Assembly (NCBI RefSeq): GCF_963921235.1
Contig: NC_086109.1
Location: forward strand, 26,538,001-26,602,000
Reading direction: 5' to 3'
From: Mobula hypostoma
Lineage: Eukaryota
DNA length: 64,000 nt
Below are positions 37,786 to 51,256 of this stretch, one piece after another. The notes beneath the pieces are model-generated. The model was given only the letters and a program-made list of their open reading frames with translations. It searched no databases and was not told the DNA's origin. Each line of letters opens with the position of its first letter. Position 1 is the first letter of the stretch. The position numbers and the translations under genes were made by a program.

Positions 37786-38300
37786 ACCATAAGACATAGG
37801 AGCAGAATTAGGCTATTCAGCCCGTCGAGACTGCTCTGCTATTCAATCATGGCTAGTTTATTATCCCTCTCAACCCCCTTCTTCTGCCTTCTCCCCGTAA
37901 TGTTTGACGCCCTGACTAATAATGAACCTATCATCCTCCATTTTGAATATGCCCAATGACCAACCTCCACAGGTGTCTGTGGCAACAAATTCCACAGAGT
38001 CGCTACTCTCTGGCTAAAGAAATTCCTCCTCATCTGTTCTAAATGGACATCCCTCTCTTCTGAGGCTGCGCCCTCTGGTCCTAGACTCCTTACTATAGGA
38101 AACATCCTCTCCCTCTATATAGGCCTTTCAATATTCAATGGGATCACCCCCCTCATCCTTCTAATCTCCAGCAAGTAAGGGCCTAGAGCTGTCAAACACT
38201 CCTCATGCGTTAACTCTTTCTTTCCCAGAGTCATTCTTGTGAAGTTCCTCTGGACCCTCTCCTATGCCAGCACATCTTTCATAAGGCGCCCCAAGTACTA
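37786..38300 (-). mobile_element. CR1 3' fragment
   Basis: RRNFFSQRVATLWNLLPQ on the minus strand; ACCATAAGACATAGGAGCAGAATTAGGC tail. Confidence 0.8.
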
Positions 38301-38557
38301 ACACAACTCTCAATTTCTCACACTCCATACTTGTACCATATAAATGCTGGAAAGATCCAGGGGCATCAGGTAAGTCACTCATTAGAGATGCCTCTGAATT
38401 GCTTGTCATTTGTGTGGAGTTTCTGGCCTGTGGTGACATCAGGATATTTAAGCTGAACATTTGTGAGGGATGGATAAATGCAGATTGCAAAGTGGCTGTA
38501 TACCTGCTGGTCTCATAGATTTCCTGTTTGCAGTTGAAGTCATTCTCTTTTAATTGA

Positions 38558-38794
<237 letters not shown>

Positions 38795-39575
38795 TGAATT
38801 ACACTGCCTTCAAAAGGTGAAAATGTGTATCTGTTTGATAAAACAAATAGTTGTCATGATGCCTGAATATGAAATATTTATGTGATTGTCCATTCCTTTA
38901 TGTGTATTAGTTGGGAACATAAAACTGGGTAAATTTTCACAAATTAGTGCTTGGGCTAAACTCACATCGGTAAGGATCTTGCTATTTACCTCGGCATGTG
39001 GGTTGTGGCTGTTTTTCTTTACCGAATTTGTATGGTATTTTATTTGGATTTTGGATGGCTAGAAAGGACATTGTCTTCATAAGAATAAGAAAGGAAGAAT
39101 TTACATTGATATAGTGCCTGCTTGCACTTTTTGAAATATGCTAAAATGCTTGATATTCAACAATCTCTTTAATAGTTCTTTTATGTGCATAGCGATCTGC
39201 AAAACATGGGAAAGCTAATGCAAAGCTTCAGAGTGTTAGCTCACACCTCAAAACTGGCAACTTGAAACAATATTGAATTGTAAAACGCTCTTACAACTGA
39301 ACTTAACACTTTGGATTTTGAGCTTTATGTTAATGCTTTGGGATACTTTTTCTGCAATACACGTAATTTTCCAATGAAAACTGAAATCTAATGGTCTCGC
39401 ATGTGACTGTATACATTTGGAAGTAAGACACGGGTTTATCAAGGCTCAAGCTGCAGCTAATATTAATTTCACTTGTAAACTCAAATATATATGAGAGAGA
39501 TAATGTCTTTCCACTATATATTTCAAATCAATATTAACCCATGCAGGAAATGATATTTTTAAAAACAAAAGCTAA

Positions 39576-39643
39576 CAGTGCTGTGCAGAAGTCTTAAGGC
39601 ATCCTAGCTATATCTATGTGCCTAAGACTTTTGCACAGTACTG
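39576..39643. mobile_element. 68-bp Tc1/mariner-type palindromic MITE
   Basis: CAGTGCTGTGCAGAAGTCTTAAGGCA...TGCCTAAGACTTTTGCACAGTACTG followed by TA. Confidence 0.75.
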
Positions 39644-40584
39644 TAAATGTTAACCAGCAATTATTTGCCCACATTTGTCTAACTAAAATAATACTGGTAT
39701 AGTATTTGGGTATCAGGTTTGCCTGAAGAGGGTGCTAGTGTGCCATTCAGTTGTGGAACTGCTTCACAACAAAACATTTTTGCTGACCCTCACAATTCTA
39801 AAAGATACAACACTTTTCCAAGCGTGGAGACATAAAACCTGTTGTCAATCTGATTTAGATTACCTCAGAATCAAGAACTTACCAATTGATTTGGTGTAGT
39901 CGAGCACCCAAAAGCTTTATGTATATTTACTCATTCAGCTATTGGAATAAATTAACGTAATATTTTGAGAGCAAATAGAAGTCACCTAAGTAGAAATGTG
40001 AATCTATCTCAAGTAGGCTGTGAGTGAATTTTGGTGGAAGCTTTTAACTTGTGTAGAACAGATTGACTTTGAGTAAATGGGATGCTTGATATATCCAACA
40101 ACATTAAGCTATACATGTGCAATGGAAACTTATATTGTGGATTTAAAACATTTTTTAAACTAAAAATGACTCGCATTTAATTATGTGCTAAACTACATGG
40201 ATACTGAAGGTTCCAGTATGACAATGTGGTAATTTTGCTTGAAGTGGTAATGATCCAGAAATCACTTTGTTCTCTGGTCTAAAAAGAAGACGTAGCCAGG
40301 GTTTTCATTCAAAATGATCTCTTTCCAGTGCTTCCCAGCTGCTGGCTTCACATTACCATGATCCATATATGATGCCTGCTGTGATTGAATGCCGTCTCCC
40401 TGCCTAGTCTCAATATTGAGGCTTAGTTATTTGCTAATGAACCTTTTCCTTAGTCAATTTATCTTCAGAACAGGAGTAATAATGATGAAACATTGCAGCA
40501 TGAAGAGAGGAAAACATTAAGGAGATTTTTATTTTGTTTTGAGGATGTAAATTAATGTAGGATAAATGTATTTTTTGTTTGTAG

Positions 40585-40767
<183 letters not shown>

Positions 40768-41191
40768 TGAGATCGAGCAAGCCACATACTCTCCTGATCT
40801 AGTTAAATTCCACGCTGAAAATCTAGGATTTAAAGCTTTGATTTTTCTATTCAGGAGAAGATCTGCCCAAGTTCTACCCTCTTCATTATATTTAAAGTGT
40901 TGCATTAATAGTACATGTTAACTATTTGCAAGATGTGGGAACAAGATAAACTAATAAAAGATTATGATAATTTTAAACACTTCTGGGGAAAATTAATGTG
41001 GGAACAATCTTTTTGAAGTATAGGTGAGAAACTCTCTGGTTTAACCTTAATTGAGGGAAAATTTGGGACCTTGAGAGTTGGCTGGATTCCAAGTTGGAGT
41101 GGAGCAAAATCAGCCTGTGATCTACCTTTCAAATTAATGTTTGTTTTAAGATAAAACAAAATTACAATTCAGCTGTTGATCTTGAAGGATG

Positions 41192-41330
41192 AGTCTTGAT
41201 GAAGGGTTTTGGCCTGAAATGTCGACTGTTTACTATTTTCTATAGAAGCTGTCTGACCTGCTGCGTTCCTCTAGCATTTTGTGTGTGATGCCTTGGATTT
41301 CCAGCATCTGCAGATTTTCTCATGTTTGTT
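41192..41330 (+). mobile_element. Short Penelope-derived insert with HHR motif (SARS1 intron 10, sense)
   Basis: AGTC TTGATGA A GGGT-TTTG-GCCT GAAA TGTC GACT plus tail; AGTCTTGATG repeated at 41331-41340. Confidence 0.75.
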
Positions 41331-41499
41331 AGTCTTGATGTGCTCTTGTCTACATATAACTTAGAGCTCATTGCAACTGACAGTTGAATTACAAACAACT
41401 AAAATGACAATTATTACTGAAATATTTTCATATTAAGTCAGAAAATGAAGCACATCATTTTTAACTTGCAAAAGTACATATACCCTTTCTTTTTAATAG

Positions 41500-41654
41500 G
41501 TTTGAATGAAATTATCAAGTTTGTTAAACAAGCACCTATTGACCAGGAACCATCTAAAAAACAGAAAAAGCAGCAAGAAGGAAACAAGAAGAAACCTGTT
41601 TTATCTGATACTAGTTTGGAAAATAAAGTCCAGAACATGTCTGTCAGCAATTAG
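41500..41654 (+). CDS. SARS1: SARS1 exon 11 (UNE-S domain and stop)
   Basis: aatag|[34 protein letters not shown]...MSVSN TAG. Total CDS 1542 nt = 513 aa. Confidence 0.96.
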
Positions 41655-41891
41655 TGAATCCTTTCAATTAAATGATTAACTTGTAATCAGTGTACTTGTT
41701 GTCCAGATTAATTACAGGTGGATGACTTGTAAATGAGCTCCATGTTGAGTAAAATGAGAAGAGCATCACCTTCGTGGTAGTAATAATGTGCAGCTCTTGG
41801 GCTGGTCATTTAAGTGGAACAAGTTTTATGGAGAATTTGCTGCCAATCTATGCTTAGAATATGAAATTTTATCTCCTGAATGATTTGCAAT

Positions 41892-42254
41892 AATAAACAG
41901 CTTAAACAAGCATGCTTCTAATGTAAGCCTGTTTTTTTCATGTATAGTTCATTATGAAATTGCAACACATCTTCTTGCCTAATACAACAGATTGAATTCA
42001 ATAGAGCTTAAGTTATTATGCTGTACAAATTGCTTTGTGCTTTATAGATGGCTTGGTATATGTCACATGCCATGGTACTGAGCCATACAAACTGACAAGT
42101 TGTCAGCTTTCATCCCTGGATTTAGTCATTAGTTGCCTTAGGGCATTTGTGGGCAATGTGCTATTTGGCTTCAGTGACTCCAGACTAAGGGGGGAAATTA
42201 TTAAAACATGTGTCCATGATTTCTAACAAATATGTCTGTTGAGTTTTAAATAAA
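41892..42254 (+). terminator. Candidate SARS1 polyadenylation signals
   Basis: AATAAA at 41892-41897 and 42249-42254, each followed by T/GT-rich sequence. Confidence 0.5.
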
Positions 42255-43244
42255 AGCAAAAAAAAACCAAAATCAGATGTGTTTGTTACTCCCAACTTGC
42301 ATGCCCTTTCTCAGTATCTGTACTTGCTAAAGAAGAACAATTTAGGCAGGGCTTATGTGCTGTGATCTAGAGGAGTCATTGGCTACAACAGAAGCGACAA
42401 CTGGAAACAAATAACTTTCAGATTTATTAAAGTATGGAAGAATTTTATTTCAACATAAATGTATTAATGTTTTCTGAAAATGGCCGAAATTCTCTGACTT
42501 TAGATTTCATGGGAAACAGCTGATGTAAATCTGTCATTAAATTTGCTGTCATTAAGTTTGAATTTCTAAAGGTTTTCTAATTTTTGTGTGTTTAGTTAAT
42601 CTATAAATTTTTCCCTCACCCCTTCCTATTCCCAAAATTAACACCTCTCAAAAGTAAGCATAACATGAGATCTGTTAGTTTATACAGCACAGAAACAGGC
42701 CTTTGCACCATATCTCCGCCGCTCTTACTTCCAGTCAATGCGTTCCTCCCGGTCCCTTGTCCCACACACCCTGTCACCGCGCTTCCTGCTTCATCTTGAC
42801 GACTCCTTTTCAAACGTGTACACATTGGTGAGTTTCAGAAAACCATGTGACAGGACAAGTTAGTCGACTATTAGTTCACCCTGATAAACCAACGGGGTCG
42901 GTTTCTCTTGAGAGTGTACATTCGTTTAAAAGCAGTGCGCTCTAGCTTGTTCTTGCTCTTTTTGGATATCCCAAGAAGTTATATATATGTGTTGATTTGG
43001 ATGAGTAGGAGGAATATCCCAAGAAGCAGGATGGGCGTGCCTGGTATTCGTGCATTTCTTCACAAGGTCGACCCCTTGGAAGGAAATTACTTAATTTTGC
43101 CCTAGCGGGTGGCCAGCGTTTAAAGAAATTGAGACGTTTACGGAACTTCTGTACATGATATCTTGTCCAGAGTCATATATTAACTCCTTTTTATTCTTTC
43201 TGGATTCAGATAAGAAAGTAAATTGTATATGAATTACTGTAACA

Positions 43245-44068
43245 GTGATAGAATTCCTCTTGTCTTTACCTTCCACCCCATCTCCTTCCACATCTAATAA
43301 CTTCCGCCATCCCCAAAGGGATCCTATCACGAATCCTATCTTTACTTCCATCCCCTCCGCTTTCCGCAGGGATCTCCCTGGTTCCCTTGTTCATTCCTCC
43401 TTCGCCACTAGTTTCCCTCCAGGCACTTACTTATCCCTGCAAGCGGCCCAAGTGCTTCGCCTAACCATGCACCTCCTCCTTCTACTCCATTCAGGGCCCC
43501 AAACAGTCCTTCCAAGTGACACTTCACCTGCGAATCTGCAGGGGTGGTTTATCGTGCTCGGTGTTCTCGATGCGACCCCCTCTACTTGGCGAGACCCATT
43601 GTAAATCAGGACCGGTCCGTCGAGCACCTCCGTTCCATGGGCCACAAGCGGAACTTTCCGAACGCCAAACATTTTAATTCCGATTCCCATTCCCGTTCTG
43701 ATATGTCGGTCATGGACTCCTCTTGTAGCCTAAGGCCACCCGCAGGATGGAGGCGTTATATTCCAACTGGGTAGTCTCCTTCCGGTAAAAAAAACCTCCT
43801 TTCATACCCCGGACTGACATTACACTTCTCACCGACCTATCACTTCCCCCGAGGTCCCCTCCTCCTTCTCGTTCTCTGATGGTCCACTCTCCTCTCCAGC
43901 CATGGACCTTTCCCTCTCACCTGCAACCCTCCAACTAGCCTCCTTTCCCTTCCCCCACCTTTCTACTCTGGCCTCTTCTCAGTCCTGAAGAAGGGTCTCG
44001 GCCCAAAACGTCGACGTTTCTATTCATTTCTATAGATGCTGCCTGACCTGCTGAATTCCCGCAGCAAC
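43245..44068 (+). mobile_element. Degraded Penelope-like element (linker, GIY-YIG, HHR)
   Basis: NFRHPQRDP...SAFRRD...VYRARCSRCDPLY; AGTC CTGAAGA A GGGTCTCGGCCC AAAA CGTC GAC at 43981-44015. Confidence 0.8.
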
Positions 44069-44854
44069 TGAATAAAGAATCTTTGGAAGACACACTGTCT
44101 AGCGGTGAGTTGTTCACAATTTAACAATGGGTGCAACCGCCAAATAAAAATAACAAACGTCGCCGGGATGCTGGCATATTCTTGGTAGACCAGACAATAT
44201 CTGCCGATAGCAAAAAAAAATGGTTGAGAAAAAATTGAGTTATTGGCCGAAAACTTCAGTGTTGTTCTTCTGCGTTTACTATCTATCTTTCATGGTTCTA
44301 GAGTAACTACACTAGATGATAACCATGACTTTTGCTACTGTTAACTGGTTAAGAAGACCATCTTTAAAATAAGTGTTGAAATTGTACAAGGAAAATAGAT
44401 AGAAAGTTCAAAAGTTCAAAGTTCAAGAGTGCAAAACTACGAGGGTGAAGTTTAAAATTGGACAATGTGAAACCATTTCAACTCTTTTCTTCCTCTATAT
44501 TTGTATGCAATAATTATTTAAATATTTCAGTATTATTTTAAAATGAAGTTTAGGTACAAGGAGTGTTTCTATGTAAATCTGATCCCAGTGAATGTAATTA
44601 AAAATGATACCAACGTCTTATTTAATGTTAAACGATTTTGCTGGGTTTAGTTCCATGTCAACATCTACTGTACTGAAGCGTTGCTAGATTACGTGGGATT
44701 GAACCCAGCAAACATAGGACTAAGAGTGAATGGCTGAGGTGTCAGTTGCACTAGATTGTATGTAGAAGATTAAACCAAATCTCCTTTTGGCCCGTCGGAG
44801 AAAAAGATCTCAAAACTCCGTGGAAAAGAAAATTGTGGCGGTGCTCTTAGATCT

Positions 44855-45300
44855 TTTTCAATAGTTCCATTTAATATCATAGAAATGTATACAATATACA
44901 TCCTGAAATTCTTGTTCTTCACAGACATCCATGAAAACAGAAGAATGCCCCAAAGAATGGGTGATAGTTTAAACATTAGAACCCCAAAGCCCCCTACTCC
45001 CCTCTCCCACGCACAAACAGCAGCAAAGCAACGATTCCTAATCGCTCGCCTCAGCAATTCAACATACCACAGTCTCTCTCTGAGGCAACACGAATATCGG
45101 GAGAGAGAGAGGTTTTTTGGGGGGGGGATTTTGAAAAGCAGTCAGTCGTGAGCCCCTGGGAGTGGGTCCCACAACAACAAAGAGCCTAAGTCTGAGTGTA
45201 ACTCCAGGTTAGGGTCTTCAACAGAATTCCGTCCGCCCTGAAAAGGAAAAAGAGAGACAGCAATGGCCGAAAGAGCGCCATCATAACTCCGCCCCGACAT
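44855..45300 (-). mobile_element. Unclassified interspersed repeat (SINE/LINE-tail-like)
   Basis: GC-rich head (GGGGCGGAGTTATGATGGCGC on the minus strand) and a LINE-like tail; family not identified. Confidence 0.4.
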
Positions 45301-45544
45301 AATTTTTTTGGCATATATTTCTCTTTCAGTCAATCTAATGCGTATTATTTGGCACTAAGACACCTCCTGGGTATAAATTATTTGCTTCATTTCTCAATAT
45401 TCCAACAATGGGTATAAAATATTAGCTGCTGGTTTAGAAAGGTGCCACTTAGGATGCAATTCCTAACCCTCGTTTACCATCACTAAATTTAAATTAATTG
45501 AAATATTGGGGAGCAGCTATATAAAACTAAATCACAACGAAGCT

Positions 45545-45935
45545 CCGTTGATGCTTGTTGAAGAGGTTTATAACATCATGATGTGTATAGATAACGCGAA
45601 TAGACACAGTATTTCCCTCATGACAGGCAAGTCCAAAACTCGAGGACATAGGTTTAAAATGAGAGGGAAATGATTTAAAAGGGACCTGAAGGACAACTTT
45701 ATCACACGGACGGTGATGCGTACGTGGAGTGAGCTGTGAGAGGAGGACATGGAGTTAAGTACAGAATTAGAATCTACTGATTCAACTAGCAAATTTAAAA
45801 GGCAATTATTTGCACAGTTACAAAAAAGGTTTAGAGGGATGTGGGTCAAACGCAGGTAAATGAGACGAGCTGGGTAGGCAATTGGTTAAACTTGAATTAG
45901 TTGGGCTGAAGGCCTGTTAACTGGTTGCATAACTA
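45545..45935 (+). mobile_element. CR1 3' fragment
   Basis: AAAACTCGAGGACATAGGTTTAAAATGAGAGGG...GGGCTGAAGGCCTG. Confidence 0.7.
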
Positions 45936-47779
45936 CGTTCTGCGCGTGCGCTTATGTGTGAAGAGGAAGAGTTAAAGATCCTAATTGTCGAACCTGTATG
46001 TAAATACACAGAAATATAGATTGCACTTTTAGGGTTGGCTAAAAGAGCCAGAGAAACGATGAGCATTGTGAAATATTTGCAGAGTTCTGAAGCGTTGGTT
46101 CATTGGGTTTATGTGTGTATTTTATTTACCTTGTGTTTTGCCTCTGAGTTGTGGGGCACTGTTTGTTCGAGTGAGAGTAAAAAGGATTCTATCGAATAAT
46201 GAAAACATCGAACTAAGCTTGATCTCTGACCCTCCTTGAAATGCACACATGGGGATCAAGCAGGAGCTGTGGCTCATGTCTGATTTCTCCCCGGTCCCGC
46301 GTTACCCCAGGAAAAATGTCATCTCTTTCCTGCTGAAAACACTAAAATTATCACAACAATAGTGTTGTACCTTCCAAACGGTATACGTCACTCCCACAAC
46401 TTTACAATTATTTGAAAGCCCAAAATGAAAATGTTCAAATGACTTTGTTTTTTTTAACAAAATCCTTTGTAAATACCTATTTTTTTCTAGGATTCTAATT
46501 CTGACCAAAATTACAACTATTTGAATTTTATAGTTCTCCATACAATCTCACTTGTGTCAATTTACAATTGGAGGCTTAGATGGAGCATCTGTCTGATTAA
46601 CTTCTAATTGTCTCCAGTTGTTTCTAAAAACAAAATAAACTTTATTTATAACAAAAATATTTATAATATTTTTTTTGTTCTAACATTCATAGACAATGTA
46701 TTACATCTATTTAAACCAGTATCACTGCAGCCATTCCAGATTTGATTAACCAAAGTGTTTTTAACGAGACTGGCTTATTCAATGCAGACCTTTTAGTCTT
46801 TCTCGGTTTATTCTCACAAAGTGATCATTTTTCACGTTGGGAATTTGAGAGAAGAAAAGAAATTCGTCATAAATCATTCTAATACCATGAAGGAATAGTT
46901 TCTAATTTTTATACAGGAACAACACAATGCTTACAAAGTTTAATCCCCAGACGCCAGTTTGCCTTCATTTGCATGTTTTTGAAAATTCCATGATTCACAT
47001 AGCAACCAGGCTTCTATTAATAAACAGGAATAAAATCTAACCAATAAAAACGACCAGTTTGATCACATATATTGCCTTAATGTCGCACACAAAAGAAAAT
47101 CAATGTAAGTGCTTAATGTAATGGTTTTCTTTTTAGTTCTGCTAATTCTAGCGGGATGTTCGTTAGCAGTGTCCAAAAGACCAACTTCCTATTTTTTGAT
47201 TTCTTCACCTACCAATTATAAAAACGTAAGATCACATTTATAGCCTCAGTACTTGCCCTGCCGTTTTGAATAAATATTTTAAGTTTATACCTTGAGAAAC
47301 AAATAAATACTTTTAAAAACTAGCTTTAAACCGTAATGTTCCTACTTATATTGATAGTTTGACGGCCCACAAATGAGAAAGTTATTGAATTAATTCTCAC
47401 AATCTGTTACATACAATATTTAGACGCTTACTTGATGTTCCATGCGGTCGACCAGAATCAATGATCCCCGGCTGCATTCAACATGCCCACGAGGTGTCAC
47501 TGTTTTCATTTAAGAGTAAAACCAGACAGTAATTTCTTAGGAAACGTTTGGTCAACCGCGGATATTATGTTTAATGAAATATTATAAATAGGATATATCT
47601 AGTTTTGGATCGAATGCACCAACTTCTATATCATTTGTTATTATTAGTTTCGATCTTTCTGCGGAAATAATCATCAATGTTCTTGAAGACAAGACTCAAT
47701 TTTTTTGAGGACCATTTCCTGCATTGGTTATTGTACTGAATGCATTGACTTTATTTTAGAGGACATAATATACACAAGC

Positions 47780-48132
47780 CGGGTTTATTCTCACAAGAAC
47801 GTAGGAGGCTGAGGGGTGACCGTATATAAGTTCCGAAGGGCTCATTGATGGTGGGTTATCATTTTCCCACAAGGCACGGGAGTCCAGAACCAGAGGCGTT
47901 GGGTGTGAGGTGAGAAGGGAGAAATACAAATGAGATTTGAGGGCTAAAGTTTTAAAGACAGGCTTCCAGAGGACGTCGTAGAGGCAGATATAACATACAT
48001 TTACACAGGTACTAAAGCTCTGGAGGGATACGGACCAGATGCAGGCAAGTGCAATTAAGCATAGAGGGGCATCACGGACAGTACGGACGTAGTGGGCCGA
48101 AAGGGCCGGTTTCTCTTGTGTATGATTCCATG
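47780..48132 (+). mobile_element. CR1 3' fragment (CpG-rich)
   Basis: GTAGGAGGCTGAGGGGTGACC...GGGCCGAAAGGGCCGG...TATGATTCCATG. Confidence 0.65.
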
Positions 48133-49149
48133 GAAAACTGCTCTTGCCCGCTTCGTTCCCAGGATGGAGTGTTGAGAAAATCGCATGAGTGTAGCGGGAA
48201 GGGTATGCAGGTATGTTTTAAAAAAAAATCCTTTCAGAGCAGTCTCAGCCTCCGGACCGAGGACGTGCTGGAGTGCGACTTGCGCCACCGCTCTCCGTGG
48301 AAGCAAAAATCACGTGGGTGCAGACTGCATCTGGGATGCTGGTCAATTGTGAGTGTCATCAAGTCTGGACCTCAGCGTACAGGATCTCAGCAAAGCAGAC
48401 TCACCGTCTAAAACGAAAACGGTGCCTAAAACGTCAGATGCTCCCTGATCTCGGAGTATTTCCAACAGTTTCTGCTTTTATTTAACCTTATCAACATCTG
48501 TAGTGCGTTTTGTGATCTCTCAGCAGCAGACAGAGAAACTCGCTTCTTTCTGTAATGGATAGTAATATGTTGTATGTAATTATCTATCACGGACTGTCCA
48601 GTTTTTACTTACCACTGTCGAAAAAAAATGCTCGATGTGTCCGAATGGGTAATCGTATTTGAAATAGAAACGACATAGCTGACCCGCCTTGGCTGCGTGT
48701 TCAAATGTGTGAACCCTGCTCTCTGTTTGAATTACTGCGAACGTGATGCATTGATACTTACTTAACACAAAAAAACACATTTTTAAAAATCACATTCTGC
48801 AGTACTACAACAAACACGTAGACAATAACCGCGACTAACAAAATTACTAATATGAACTAAATTGAATTAAAATGTTCCCATACCTCCAATGACGGCATTT
48901 ATCCCGCGGTGCCCAACGGTCCCGGACCACCTCCACGGCACCCGTGGACTCCGTATGATGCCTCTCCATAGTTAACCGAGCACATACACAATGATCCCTA
49001 CTGACCCCCGAGAAATCTCATTCGGAATAGCTAGTCACATTACTCGCTTGAACAATAATGTACCAGCGCACCCGTCACCGAGAAAAATATCATCGAATCA
49101 TGCAGAACGTTTGAGCATGCAGGGAATTTGCACTTGTATTGAGGGGAAA

Positions 49150-51145
49150 AGGGATAACTGACGGGAAGGTCGGTCCACTCAAGGAAAAGAGGATGAAACT
49201 TGTGCCTGTATTCAGATCTAGGGGCTGAGGGACTCGAGTCCTTTGCGTCTGTATTTACAGAAGGATGGGGAGTATAGTGAAAACAGAATGGGTTATATTG
49301 ATGTGCTAGGACGTTTTGGGATTAAGGAAGGGGAAGTGCTGAGTCTTTTGAAAAGCATGAGTGTCGAAACATCCCCACAGCCTGATGGCAAATATCCCAG
49401 AGTATTGAAAGAAGCGGATGTGGAGATTCAACAAAGGCGTTGCGTCCTCACGAGCAACAGGTGATGCCCAGGAGGGCTGGAGAGTAGCAACTGTTGCGCC
49501 TTTGTTCAAGAAGAGAAATAGGGATCACCCAAATAATTACAGGCCAGTCGGCCTCATGCCACTGGTCGGGAAGCTATTAGGGATAGGATTTACGGGCATT
49601 TGGAAAGGCATGGCCTGTTTAGGCATAGCATGCTTTTATGAGGGGCAGGTTATGCCTTACAAACTTGACTGAATTTTTTGTGGTGACAGAGGGACTTGCT
49701 GAGGGTAAAGCAGTAGCCATTGTAGGCATGGACTTCAGTAAGGCATTTGATAAGATGTATTTTGATAGGTTGACTCAGAAGATAAAGATGCATGATATCT
49801 AGAACTACCTTGCCCCTGGAAGACAGAGAATAGGGGTGGAATGTTAATATTCTAGTTGAAGATCCAGAAGATTTCTGCAAGAATCAGTGACATGACTCTG
49901 TTGTCATGTACAGTATACTAGACGTGGTTCAAAATGTAGATGGGTGGATTAGCAAATTTGCAGATGACACCAAGTTAGGTGGAACTGTGAACAGCATAAA
50001 GGACTATTAAAGGATACAGCAAGATATAGAGTAGTTACAGATGTGGGCAGACGAGTGACAGATGGAGTTTAATCTGGGCAAGTATAAGGTGGTGCACTTT
50101 GGGAGAGAAACTATACAGTTAATGGTAGAATTATTATTAGCATTGAGGTACGAAGGGATCTTGGGGTCTGGTGCATCGTTCACTAACAGTGGCTATGCAG
50201 TTGGATAAGGTGGTAAAGAATGCTTATGACAGAATTGCCTTTATTAGTAGAGTCGTTGCTAGAATACGAAAAAGGACGTCAAGCTGCGGCTGTAAAACAC
50301 CTTAGATGGCGCTTGGAAAATTGTGTGCAGTTCTGGTCGCCTAGGAAGCATGCAGAGAGCATTCGGAAGATGTTTACCGGGATGTTACCTGGATTGGAGG
50401 GATGGAGCTCCAAGGGAAGTTTGGGCAAACCTGGATTGCTCTCCTAGGCTGAGAAAAGACCCAATGGAGGTTTTTGTTTCAATTTATGAGGGGCATAAAC
50501 AGAGTAGACAGTCAGAATCTATTCCCCAGGATAGAAATTTCAACACCAGAGGATATGTTTTTAAGATTAGAGAGTTGTAAATGTTTGGATAGGTTACCAG
50601 GGGTAAAGTCAAAGTCGAAATATATTTATCATCAAAGTACGTATATGTCAGTATATACTACCTTGAGATCTATTTTTATTGCGGCCATTTACAGGTAAAA
50701 AAATTACTGTAATACAATACAAATGATCAAAAATATACATAAACACAAAGACGGACACGAGCGTCAGGGGTAGGTGTAGGGGTCCTCGTCGAAGCAGTTT
50801 GGTAGAGTTTGAGGCTTTCAGACAGTCACGTGAATATGAAGGGAATGGAGGGACACGGAATACGCACTGGAGGACATATCGTGCAAGTTAGCATCAAACA
50901 CGAGGAAATCTGCAGATGCAGGAAATTCAAGCAACACACACACAATACTGGTGGAACGCAGCAGGCCAGGCAGCATCTATAGGAAGAGGTACAGTCGATG
51001 TTTCGGGCAGAGGGTCTCGAAACGCCGACTGTGATTCTTCCTATAGATGCTGCCTGGCCTGCTGCGATCCACCGTCACTTTGTGAAGATCAAGATCGACA
51101 CAACTTCGTGGGCCGAATGGCCTATCCGGCGTTATTCTATGTTCT
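49150..51145 (+). mobile_element. Long degraded CR1 ORF2 with nested inserts
   Basis: WRVATVAPLFKK...NYRPVGL, MDFSKAFDK, KFADDTK, LENCVQFWSP; tail ends TTCTATGTTCTA at about 51145. Confidence 0.8.
50896..51084. mobile_element. Penelope-derived fold-back element (both HHR cores deleted)
   Basis: Inverted arms about 50951-51005 and 51018-51072. Confidence 0.75.
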
Positions 51146-51256
51146 AATATTAAGCCTTACTTCGTTCTTTGCTGCTAAAATCGAACGTAATCGTTCCTAT
51201 TTACTGTAAACGAAGAAAACGAAGGACTGGCTGGAATGAACATATACATGTCACAG

